From the human T2T-CHM13v2.0 reference genome, Homo sapiens, in NCBI RefSeq assembly GCF_009914755.1, contig NC_060940.1: DNA of 64,000 nt, one strand, 5' to 3'. This document shows positions 26,114-40,465 of this stretch, one piece after another. The position numbers were made by a program, and so were the translations under genes. How positions within the stretch are numbered: the first letter of the stretch is position 1; every line of letters starts with the position of its first letter. Below the pieces are notes generated by a model, which saw only the letters and a list, made by a program, of their open reading frames with translations, did no database searches and was not told the DNA's origin.

Positions 26114-26811
<698 letters not shown>

Positions 26812-28959
26812 TTAAAATGTGAAAGAGATTTAGGTTAAGAACGGAAAGGGTCACAATCTATTTGGATAACTAGAAGGCCTCGGCAGAAAGGGTCGGGAAT
26901 CTATTTGGAGAAGTAGAAGGCATTGGCAGAAAGGGTCAGGAATCTATTTGGAGAAGTAGAAGGTCTTGGCAGAAAGGGTTGGGAAACACATGTTACGTGG
27001 CTTCAAGGAATCCACTCACCTCTAGGAAATGAAGTAAGTCACGGTTCACACACCACAGCTACTGTGGAAGAAAGCTCTGGACGCAGGAGACTGGGTTGCC
27101 AAGTCCCCACAGGACCAGAAAAGCCTCAGTACAAGGTGCAAAGACAGACTGTTCTCCCCCCGGCGTCCAGCTGCCTGAAATGTTTCTCTTGTTATGCAGC
27201 AATGATAGGAAACCCTCTGGAAACAGCTGACATGGACACCCCAAAACAAGCTAATGGTGGACACAGAGTTCACCCCAAAACAAGCTAATGGTGGACACAG
27301 AGTTCACCAAGAAGTCAATGCAGAGTCTCGGAGCTGGCTTCAGCTGTGGTTATCTGCAAATGACTCATGGGACATGGGAGTTCTTTCGCCTTAGAAGTGG
27401 ACCTGCAACCACAGGCCAGCCAGGGAGGGCAAGGTGCGGCGTCTGCCAGCCCCATGTGCCGCAGCAGCCACGAAGGGGAGGGGACAGCTGGCTGGCAGCG
27501 GATGTAGCCACTTGTGTGCTTTCCGAATTCACTGTATTGTTGCAAATCCCAGAAACCTCAGATCCCAACTCTGCCATTACAGCTCCAAGCAGGAGTGGAA
27601 GCCAGAAGGAAGCGCTTCTCCCAGCAAGTCCTAGAGAGGAGGGGGACAAGCCTCTGCAGAAGGCACCCACGGCCACGCTGTCCTGTGGCCTCCTATCCAG
27701 GGCAGGGTGTCCGCTAAGGCAACTGATCCAAGGCCAGAAGAGGCCTTTTACAGTGTGAGGCCCGGACAGTCCTGGTCTTCCTGCTGAGGCTATGGCAGAC
27801 TTTTAGAGCAGACTGGAAAGGTGAGTGCTCACAGGCCCCTCTCGTGGGAGTTCCCGTCTACAGGTATGCTGTTCGGAAGGTGGGCTTAACAGAGAACGTT
27901 CACAGGTCCAACCTCAAGCCAAACAACATGGGCTCAGTCACCTACATGGCCCATGCCCTGCCATGGATTCCTCTGCCTCTCAAGGGACCTCACGTGCCCT
28001 GGTGGGCCTGACCAAGCTGAAGTCAGGGCACCCCCTCCTCAGTGTCCACGGTGCCAAGCAGGGGCTCAGCAAGTATCTGCCAGCTGTGTAAATGACCCGA
28101 TGACAGTTGCACCAGCAGACACACACAGGCTCCCATATGAGAGACGCTCACCCACCTGCCAGACTCTGGAGACTAATCCCCGTCTAGCCAGGAAGGTAAC
28201 TCTGTTGTTTCAGAGGTCAGCTCACAGGCAGGACTGAGTGCTAGGCAGGAGTCAGATATCACAGACAAAGACACCCAGCACACAGCAACAGGATCAGGCT
28301 TTTCCCACGCCATTTGAAAGGAGGACACGACCATGACCCGGCTGACAGAAGAGACGCCCAGGGTGGGCTCTCTGAGTGCCTGGCCTTGTGTGGCAACCGC
28401 CACCCCTCCCACCACGGGGTCCCTGAACCTTGTGAAATGAAAAGGACGTCACTTTTACCATCAAATATGTCTACGCCTTGTCAAATCCCTTCCCATGCAT
28501 TAACACAGAGACAGAGGCTGCAGCCCAGCCAGGGAGGGCCCCACCCACCCAGTTGGGGCTACGCAGGGGCAGGTGGTGGAAAAGGTGTTGCAGGTACTTG
28601 TGGAACCTCCTTACATTGAAGTCCTGGAGCCCAAACATGCTGTTCATCGTCAGTGAGAAATGAAGCACCGAGGGCGGTGTCCCTGGGCGTTGGCGGCCTC
28701 CCAGCGTCCCATCCAGCCCTGGCGCTGCTCTCAGCACTCTTTGAAGTGAAGCCACCATCCGTCCTGCCCAGGAAGGAAGCTCCAAGGGCAGCTCCCGCCA
28801 CAGGAAGGAGGACCCCTGAGGTGTCCTGACTTTGGTCCAAGTTTCTGGAGAGGATCTTTCCTTCCTTCTGGGGTCGAGACAGTGGGGAAGGGATGGTGGT
28901 GCTGCCGTGCTGAAGAGCAGCAAAGCAGCCTGCAGGGCCACTGCCAAAGCCAAGCGCGG

Positions 28960-31900
28960 ATGACAGTCAGAGCCAACGAGAGAGTCAGAGCCAACGACAG
29001 AGTCAGCCAATGACAGAGTCAGAGACAACGACAGAGTCAGCCAATGACAGAGTCAGCCAACGACAGAGTTAGAGACAATGACAGAGTCAGCCAACGACAG
29101 AGTTAGAGACAATGACAGAGTCAGCCAACGACAGAGTCAGCCAACGACAGAGTCAGCCAATGACAGAGTCAGAGCCAACGACAGAGTCAGCCAATGACAG
29201 AGTCAGAGCCAACAACAGAGTCAGCCAACGACAGAGTCAGAGCCAACGACAGAGTCAGCCAACGACAGAGTCAGAGACAATGACAGAGTCAGCCAATGAC
29301 AGAGTCAGCCAACGACAGACTTAGAGACAACGAGAGAGTCAGCCAACGACAGAGTCAGCCAACGACAGTCAGCCAACGACAAAGTCAGCCAACGACAGAG
29401 TCAGAGCCAACGACAGAGTCAGCCAACGACAGAGTCAGAGACAACAACAGAGTCAGCCAATGACAGAGTCAGAGACAATGACAGAGTTACAGACAATGAC
29501 AGAGTCAGCCAACGACAGAGTCAGCCAACGACAGAGTCAGAGCCAACGACAGAGTCAGCCAACGACAGAGTCAGAGACAACGACAGAGTCAGAGCCAATG
29601 ACAGAGTCAGAGCCAACAACAGAGTCAGAGCCAACGTCAGAGTCAGCCAACGACAGAGTCAAAGCCAATGACAGAGTCAGCCAACGACAGAGTCAGAGAC
29701 AACGACAGAGTCAGAGACAATGACAGAGTCAGAGCCAATGACAGAGTCAGCCAACGACAGAGTCAGAGCCAACGACAGAGTCAGCCAATGACAGAGTCAG
29801 AGACAGCAACAGAGTTAGAGACAACGACAGAGTCAGCCAACGACAGAATCAAAGACAATGACAGAGTCAGCCAACGACAGAATCAGAGACAACGACAGAG
29901 TCAGCCAATGACAGAATCAGAGACAATGACAGAGTCAGCCAATGACAGAATCAGAGACAACGACAGAGTCAGCCAACGACAGAGTCAGAGCCAACGACAG
30001 AGTCAGAGCCAACGACAGAGTCAGAGACGACAGAGTCAGAGCCAACGACAGAGTCAGCCAACGACAGAGTCAGAGCCAACGACAGAGTCCGCCAACGACA
30101 GAGTCAGAGCCAACGACAGAGTCAGAGACGACAGAGTCAGAGCCAACGACAGAGTCAGCCAACGACAGAGTCAGAGCCAACGACAGAGTCAGCCAACGAC
30201 AGAGTCAGCCAACGACAGAGTCAGAGCCAACGACAGAGTCAGTCAACGACAGAGTCAGCCAACGACAGAGTCAGAGCCAACGACAGAGTCAGCCAACGAC
30301 AGAGTCAGAGACGACAGAGCCAGCCAATGACAGAGTCAGCCAACGACAGAGTTAGAGACAATGACAGAGTCAGCCAACGACAGAGTCAGCCAACGACAGA
30401 GTCAGCCAATGACAGTCAGCCAACGACAGAGTCAGCCAACGACAGAGTCAGAGCCAACAACAGAGTCAGCCAACGATAGAGTCAGAAACAACGACAGAGT
30501 CAGCCAATGACAGAGTCAGAGACAACGACAGAGTCAGCCAACAACAGAGTCAGCCAACGACAGAGTCAGAGACAATGACAGAGTCAGCCAATGACAGAGT
30601 CAGAGACAACGACAGAGTCAGCCAACAACAGTCAGCCAACAACAGAGTCAGGCCAACGACAGAGTCAGCCAATGACAGAGTCAGAGCCAACGACAGAGTC
30701 AGAGACAACAACAGAGTTAGAGACGACAGAGTCAGCCAACGACAGAGTCAGCCAACGACAGAGTCAGAGACAATGACAGAGTCAGCCAATGACAGAGTCA
30801 GAGACAACGACAGAGTCAGCCAACAACAGTCAGCCAACGACAGAGTCAGGCCAACGACAGAGTCAGCCAATGACAGAGTCAGAGCCAACGACAGAGTCAG
30901 AGACAACGACAGAGTTAGAGACAATGACAGAGTCAGCCAACGACAGAGTCAGCCAACGACAGAGTCAGAGCCAACGACAGAGTCAGAGACAACGACAGAG
31001 TCAGAGACAACGACAGAGTCAGAGACGACAGAGTCAGAGACGACAGAGTCAGAGCCAATGACAGAGTCAGCCAATGACAGAGTCAGAGCCAACGACAGAG
31101 TCAGCCAATGACAGAGTCAGAGACAACGACAGAGTTAGAGACAACGACAGAGTCAGCCAAGGACAGAGTCAGCCAACGACAGAATCAGAGACAATGACAG
31201 AGTCAGCCAACGACAGAGTCAGAGCCAATGACAGAGTCAGAGCCAACGACAGAGTCAGAGACGACAGAGTCAGAGCCAACGACAGAGTCAGCCAACGACA
31301 GAGTCAGAGCCAACGACAGAGTCAGCCAACGACAGAGTCAGACGACAGAGTCAGCCAACGACAGAGTCAGCCAACGACAGAGTCAGAGCCAACGACAGAG
31401 TCAGCCAAGGACAGAGTCAGAGCCAACGACAGAGTCAGAGCCAACGACAGAGTCAGCCAATGACAGAGTCAGCCAATGACAGAGTCAGAGCCAATGACAG
31501 AATCAGCCAACAACAGTCAGCCAATGACAGAGTCAGCCAATGACAGAGTCAGCCAATGACAGAGTCAGAGCCAATGACAGAGTCAGCCAACAACAGTCAG
31601 CCAACGACAGAGTCAGCCAACGACAGAGTCAGCCGACAGAGTCAGCCAACGACAGAGTCAGCCAACGACAGAGTCAGAGCCAACGACAGAGTCAGCCAAC
31701 AACAGTCAGCCAACGACAGAGTCAGCCAATGACAGAGTCAGCTGACAGAGTCAGCCAACGACAGAGTCAGCCAACGACAGAGTCAGAGCCAATGACAGAG
31801 TCAGCCAAGGACAGAGTCAGAGCCAATGACAGAGTCAGAGACAACGACAAAGTCAGAGACAACGACAGAGTCAGAGCGAACGATGGAGTCAGAGCCAATG
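28960..31900. repeat. About 2.9-kb minisatellite of interspersed 14-18-bp variant units (about 170 units)
   Basis: Main variants ccaacgacagagtcag (16 bp), agccaacgacagagtcag and agacaacgacagagtcag (18 bp), agacgacagagtcag (15 bp), with aacg/aatg alternation. Confidence 0.97.
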
Positions 31901-33276
31901 TTCTGGAAAAGCTGAAGCGACTTCAGATACTACAGCAGATGCTGTGCTCAGGGCTCCAGCGTCCTGCAAGGCTGCGTGGCTTTATGTAACAGGAAGGCCA
32001 GCTCTGAGCAGAGTCAGAGTCCTCTCTAAAATCACTTAGAGTTTTATGCAACAATTATTAAGCTGTGGCTCTCTCCGTCATAAATGTTGCCAAACCCCCA
32101 GATGTTTAAATTTCTAGACCAAGAAGACAGACCCCCAAAGTACCAAAACAAAAACGTGCAAGTCCACGCTGCGACAAACCACGCTCAGGTGAACGATAAA
32201 TGGGGAGCAGAGAGAAGCCTCCCACGCAGGTAGGCTCATGACTCCTGCAGACCCCCAGAGGCGGCGGAACCTCACACCTCCAGTGAAGACTGCAGAGCGA
32301 CGTCCTCACCAAGAGCATGCGGTGAAGGGAGAAAAAGCCGCTTCACCGTCCAGACACTCAACAAGCACAGCCCCCACCAGGCCACCGTCAGCAGAGACAG
32401 CTCATGTGAACGTGATGTGCGGGGGAGGTGCGTCACAGGGCCTGGGGCTTCGGGGGCAAACCGCAAACAGCCACAAGCATTGCATGTGGCCCCAGGCCTG
32501 CAGACTCCCGTGAGAGCACCTGACCCCAGCACACCACTTCAGCCTGTGCTGACAGCTCATGGGCGCCTCGGCAAAGTCAGGCCTGTGTGCGTGGAGGGGT
32601 CCTGGGGCGGAGCCACGTTGTAGGTGCCCAAGGCATCCCCAGGCCTCCTGCCCTGCCCTGGTGACACTGTCTGGCCTGCTTGTTGAATGAGGTGACGCAC
32701 TCAAGTGTAGCTGAGACCTGAGGAAACACCAGCAACTGGACCTGGCAGCGGTGCCCACCCCAGCAACAGCCACACAGTGGGGACCCCCCTTACAAGTGCC
32801 CACTCCAGCACAGCCACAAAGTGGGGACCCCCCCCCCACAGGTGCCCCGATGCCAGCTGCAGCCCTCCCTGCATGAGCCTGCAGAGCCTGGGCTGTGCCA
32901 CCAAGCCCAGATCACAGCAATCTGAGCCTCCGACCAGGGAACACCGGAGCCACAGGCGCTGTGCTGGAGGCAGAGCATTCAGGCTCCCGGAAGTGCACGT
33001 GGCCCCAGACACTCCAACCTCAACTCAGCCGCCCTGACCAGGATGAAAAACACAGGCTCCACAGCCCAAGGCTGCGCCCTGCCCGCACCAACTCACCACC
33101 ACAGCCTTCCATCCTGGGACAGGGTCCTGGTTCCGACCACTCAGCCCTGAGCCAGCTGCCTCCTGTCGCCCGTCCACAAAAGACACAAGAGCCGTCCTCA
33201 GTCTCCATGCAAAGCCCAGCTGTCCCATTGAGGGCGGAACCAAGCTGGGCACGCAAGAGCCAGCGCATCCCCAGCT

Positions 33277-34920
33277 TCCTACACATCCACACAGACACCC
33301 ACCCCAAACCAGCCTCCTACATGTCCACACAGACACCCACCCCAAACCAGCCTCCTACACGTCCACACAGACACCCACTCCAAACCAGCCTCCTGCACAT
33401 CCACACAGACACCCACTCCAAACCAGCCTCCTACACGTCCACACAGACACCCCAAACCAGCCTCCTACATATCCACACAGACACCCACCCCAAACCAGCC
33501 TCCTGCACGTCCACACAGACACCCCAAACCAGCCTCCTACATGTCCACACAGACACCCACCCCAAACCAGCCTCCTACATGTCCACACAGACACCCACCC
33601 CAAACCAGCCTCCTATACGTCCACACAGACACCCACTCCAAACCAGCCTCTTACACGTCCACACAGACACGGACCCCAAACCAGCCTCCTACAAGTCCAC
33701 AGAGACACGGACCCCAAACCAGCCTCCTACATGTCCACACAGACACCCACCCCAAACCAGCCTCCTGCACGTCCACACACCCACCCCAAACCAGCCTCCT
33801 GCACGTCCACACAGACACCCCAAACCAGCCTCCTACACGTCCACACAGACACCCACCCCAAACCAGCCTCCTGCACGTCCACACAGACACCCACCCCAAA
33901 CCAGCCTCCTACATGTCCACACAGACACCCACCCCAAACCAGCCTCCTACACGTTCACACAGACACGGACCCCAAACCAGCCTCCTACACGTCCACACAG
34001 ACACCCACTCCAAACCAGCCTCCTACACGTCCACACAGACACCCACTCCAAACCAGCCTCCTGCACGTCCACACAGACACCCACCCCAAACCAGCCTCCT
34101 ACACGTTCACACAGACACGGACCCCAAACCAGCCTCCTACACGTTCACACAGACACGGACCCCAAACCAGCCTCCTACACGTTCACACAGACACGGACCC
34201 CAAACCAGCCTCCTACACGTCCACACAGACACCCACTCCAAACCAGCCTCCTACACGTCCACACAGACACCCACTCCAAACCAGCCTCCTGCACGTCCAC
34301 ACAGACACCCACCCCAAACCAGCCTCCTACACGTTCACACAGACACGGACCCCAAACCAGCCTCCTGCACGTCCACACAGACACCCACCCCAAACCAGCC
34401 TCCTGCACGTCCACACAGACACCCACCCCAAACCAGCCTCCTACACGTTCACACAGACACGGACCCCAAACCAGCCTCCTACACGTTCACACAGACACGG
34501 ACCCCAAACCAGCCTCCTACACGTTCACACAGACACGGACCCCAAACCAGCCTCCTACACGTCCACACAGACACCCACTCCAAACCAGCCTCCTACACGT
34601 CCACACAGACACCCACCCCAAACCAGCCTCCTACACGTCCACACAGACACCCACCCCACACCAGCCTCCTACACGTCCACACAGACACCCACCCCACACC
34701 AGCCTCCTACACGTCCACACAGACACCCACCCCAAACCAGCCTCCTACACGTCCACACAGACACCCACCCCAAACCAGCCTCCCACATATCCACACAGAC
34801 ACCCACCCCAAACCAGCCTCCTACACGTCCACACAGACACCCACCCCACACCAGCCTCCTACACGTCCACACAGACACCCACCCCAAACCAGCCTCCTAC
34901 ACGTCCACACAGACACAGAC
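33277..34920. repeat. 38-bp VNTR, about 43 copies
   Basis: Unit acacccaccccaaaccagcctcctacacgtccacacag with ccactcc, ggacccc and deletion variants. Confidence 0.97.
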
Positions 34921-35212
34921 CCACTGCTTCTGCCTCCCTTTCCCCATCCCTCTGGCTCCAGTAAGCTGGCAACGCAGTCCTTTAAGTAAGGAAGAGCTAC
35001 TGCAAAGAGGTGGGGTTTTAATCCTGAAGATGGGTGGCTGCTGTGGCTGGTGCACTGGCCGCTCTGCCATGGCCTAAGTAAAATGACAATACCCTCCTGA
35101 AGGAATTTAAGATAAACGCTCGTCCAGTCTTTCCAAGTGCCAGGACACCTGCAGTGCCTGTGCTGAGTGACAGCAAGCCCTAAGCTCCGACCGCCCCATT
35201 CCTGCTACTCAC

Positions 35213-35522
35213 CAGACATGGCCCACATTAACCAGGGACATGTAGAGGCCCCACAGGGCAGCCATGAGAAGCATGTTGGCGCAGCCCGTGATCAGTACGA
35301 AAGACGAGATGCCCAGTCCGAGAAGAGCCAGCAAGTCCAGGTTGGAGTTCATGTCTGACCAGTCCATCAGCCAGAGGATGGTGGGCATGTAGCTGAAGAC
35401 TTCCCAGCTTGTCCTGTCCTGGAAGTACTGCTGGAAGTTCTTCAGGAACACTCTGCAGGGAAGCAGCCCCCTGTCACCGATGAGCTGCTTGTTCTGATGG
35501 AAAGCCACCAGGAATGCCACGA
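35213..35522 (-). CDS. LMF1: LMF1 coding exon 2 (310 nt), transmembrane segments
   Basis: Acceptor ttttgtcttctttttcttccag|TC completes the Phe codon begun in exon 1. Encodes VAFLVAFHQNKQLIGDRGLLP...YMSLVNVGHVW. Donor TG|GTGAGT, phase 2. Confidence 0.97.
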
Positions 35523-35715
35523 CTGGAAGAAAAAGAAGACAAAACAAGCGTGACTAGGAACAAACCACATGTGGACACCATGGGCGCAGCTCAGAATGTG
35601 GGGCGAGGCAGGCGGGAAGGGGAGGCAGAGTCTGGCTGACGGTTTGGGGCCAAACCCTAGACTCAGGAGTCTGAGTACTTTCTCAAGATCTTGGGGGAAA
35701 CACTGGAAAAGCCAA

Positions 35716-37107
35716 CCTGCAGCAGACGCGGTGTGTGCATACACGCACACACATCTAAGTAAACCAGACACGTTACATAAAATGCGTGCCTGCAGCAGAC
35801 GGGGTCTGTGCATACACACACACATCTAAGCGAACCAGACACGTTACATAAAATGCGTGCCTGCAGCAGACGGGGTCTGTGCACACACACACACACATCT
35901 AAGTGAACCAGACACGTTACATAAAATGCGTGCCTGCAGCAGATGCGGTGTGTGCATACACACACACACATCTAAGTGAATCAGACACGTTACATAAAAT
36001 GCGTGCCCGCAGCAGACGTGGTGTGTGCATACACACACACACATCTAAGTAAACCAGACACGTTACATAAAATGCGTGCCTGCTGCAGACGTGGTGTGTG
36101 TATACACACACACACATCTAAGTAAACCAGACACGTTACATAAAATGCGTGCCTGCAGCAGACGTAGTGTGTGCATCCACACACACACATCTAAGTAAAC
36201 TAGACACGTTACATAAAATGCGTGCCCACAGCAGACGCGGTGTGTGCGTACACACACACACATCTAAGTAAACTAGACACGTTACATAAAATGCGTGCCC
36301 GCAGCAGACGCAGTGTGTGCATACACATCTAAGTGAACCAGACACGTTACATAAAATGGGTGCCTGCAGCAGACGCAGTGTGTGCATACACACACACACA
36401 CATCTAAGTAAACTAGACAAGTTACATAAAATGCGTGCCTGCAGCAGACGTGGTGTGTGCATACACACACACACACATCTAAGTAAACTAGACAAGTTAC
36501 ATAAAAGGCGTGCCTGCAGCAGACGCGGTGTGTGCATACACACACACACATCTAAGTGAACCCGACCCGTTACATAAAATGCGTGCCCGCAGCAGATGCG
36601 GTGTGTGCATACACGCACACACATCTAAGTAAACCAGACACGTTACATAAAATGCGTGCCTGCAGCAGACGGGGTCTGTGCACACACACACACACACACA
36701 CACATCTAAGTAAACCAGACACGTTACATAAAATGCGTGCCTGCAGCAGACGTAGTGTGTGCATCCACACACACACATCTAAGTAAACTAGACACGTTAC
36801 ATAAAATGCGTGCCCGCAGCAGAGACGGTGTGTGCGTACACACACACACATCTAAGTAAACTAGACACGTTACATAAAATGCGTGCCCGCAGCAGACACA
36901 GTGTGTGCATACACACACACACATCTAAGTGAACCAGACACGTTACATAAAATGGGTGCCTGCAGCAGACGCAGTGTGTGCATCCACGCATACGCATAGA
37001 AGCAAACTAGATGCTTGTATATAAATTCCGTGTCTGCAGCAGATGCAGTGTGTATACACGCACACACATAGAAGTAAAGTAGACATGTGTATATAAATTG
37101 CGTGCCT
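35716..37107. repeat. About 73-bp VNTR, about 19 copies, with internal variable (CA)n
   Basis: Unit cctgcagcagacgcggtgtgtgcata(ca)ntctaagtaaaccagacacgttacataaaatgcgtg. Confidence 0.97.
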
Positions 37108-37273
37108 GGCTACACACAGACAGCCAGCTGACCAACCGGACTGCACTCAGCATTCACCATTATGAAACACACCCTGAGGACCCTGGCTCTGGTCAACGGC
37201 GTCACTCCCAGCACACGCTGCAGGGCTTGACACTTACTGCCTATAGGTGAGCCACACTTGCCCTCTACGCAGA

Positions 37274-37730
37274 CCACAGGTCTCCGAGTTCACGTCTCAC
37301 GGCACCCACCCCACGACGGCTCTCTCACATCCACAGGTCTCCGAGTTCACGTCCCACGGCGCCCACCCCACGACGGCTCTCTCACATCCACAGGTCTCCG
37401 AGTTCACGTCTCACGGCGCCCACCCCACGACGGCTCTCTCACATCCACAGGTCTCCGAGTTCACGTCTCACGGCGCCCACCCCACGACGGCTCTCTCACA
37501 TCCACAGGTCTCCGAGTTCACGTCTCACGGCGCCCACCCCACGACGGCTCTCTCACATCCACAGGTCTCCGAGTTCACGTCTCACGGCGCCCACCCCACG
37601 ACGGCTCTCTCACATCCACAGGTCTCCGAGTTCACGTCCCACGGCGCCCACCCCACGACGGCTCTCTCACATCCACAGGTCTCCGAGTTCATGTCCCACG
37701 GCGCCCACCCACAACGGCTCTCTCACATCC
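37274..37730. repeat. 57-bp VNTR, 8 copies
   Basis: Unit ccacaggtctccgagttcacgtctcacggcgcccaccccacgacggctctctcacat. Confidence 0.96.
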
Positions 37731-37983
37731 TCTGGACGTCAGTATTTGTGGAACACTGAATGCTTACCCAGAGATGCTGACAGGTGAGAGAACCACATTC
37801 CCATGTGTAAACGTGAAGAATGAAAAAGCAGTTGAAAGTAAAAAAGATACACCATTCAAATGTGAATCAAAAGAAAGCTGGATCTAATTCATCATGGCTG
37901 AAAAAAATTAAAAATAAAAATAAAAAATACAAACAAAAGAAAGTGGAAGTGGCTCTATTAACATCATAAAAAGTAGATTTAAG

Positions 37984-38584
<601 letters not shown>

Positions 38585-39249
38585 TTACAAACAAGGAATG
38601 ACACAGGGATGAAAGAAGATATTGCATAATGATAACAATATCACAAGAGCAACCCCACAAGTATATGCGGCTTCCTACTGCGTGTAGAAATCTGGCTTGG
38701 GGTCCATGTCTGTGTAACTGTGCGTGCTGGTTTGGAGTGAGTGTCTGTGTAGACATGTAGGAAGCTAGTACATGTACTTTTCCCCGTGCATTTATAAATC
38801 TAAAAATATATAAACGGAATCTGCACATGGAAAACTACAAAACACTGATTAAAAAAATGAAACAAGATCTAACTATATGACGAGATAGACCATGTTCATG
38901 GATTGGAAAAATCAAAATCATTAAGGTGTCAATTTGATCCATAAATTCGGCACAATCTGAACCAAACACCCAGTCAGTGCTTCCGCCGAGGCTGACAAGC
39001 TGATTCTAGAATATACATGGGAGAGCAAAGGGATTAAAAAGCCAAAATCATCTGGAAAAGAACAGAGGTGGAGGACTCATGTTACCCAATTTCAAGACTT
39101 ACTAAAAAGCTAATCAAGACCACATCAAGACAGCGCAGTATTGATTAAGGAAGAGCCGCAGAACTCAATGGAATGGAAGAGACGGCCCAGACACAGCCCC
39201 CCTGCCCCCGACCCGACACACAGAGTGAACAAATTCTGACAAAGGTTCA

Positions 39250-39522
<273 letters not shown>

Positions 39523-40024
39523 TCATAGACCTAAATGTAAAACATAAAAGCATAAGACTTCCAGATGGAAATATAGAAGAAAATCTATGTGACTTGGGTT
39601 TGGCAACAAGTTTTTAGATACAACACCAAAAGCATAATCTATGAAATTAGAAACTGTAAACTGAACTTTATCAAACTGAAAAACTTTTGATCTGCAAAAG
39701 CTACTTTTAACAGAATGAAAACACAAGCCGCAGATTGGAAGAAAATACTGGCAAATCACACATCTGATAAAGGATTTGTATCTAGAATATTTAAAGAACT
39801 TTTAAAATTCAATAATTAGAAAACAAACAACCCAATGTTAAAGGTGGGAAGAAAAAACCAGGCCACAAGGTCTGAACAGACATAGGAAGGTGTACGGATG
39901 GCAAATAACACGTGAAAAGATGCTCAACATCCTTCATCACTGCGGAAATGCCCATGAAAACCACAGCGTGCTGTCACCACACACACGTCACATGGCCGAA
40001 GTGCTTGAAAACGGACAGTGCCCA

Positions 40025-40465
<441 letters not shown>

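Noticed and set aside
26857-27310. Short tandem duplications (43 bp x3 and 35 bp x2; similar at 7862, 9598, 19097 and 56730)
   Set aside because: Ordinary local slippage duplications with no further structure evident.
29112-31989. Many TTESANDRVSQRQSQ ORFs resembling mucin-like proteins
   Set aside because: Products of the 14-18-bp minisatellite; frames shift with unit variants.
32895-35077. 689-, 482- and 448-aa ORFs in all three plus frames
   Set aside because: They are translations of the stop-free 38-bp VNTR, antisense to an LMF1 intron, with no splice or promoter support.
35523-35547. MFCLLFLP N-terminal extension of the exon 2 ORF
   Set aside because: This is the intronic polypyrimidine tract read in frame; the exon starts at 35522.
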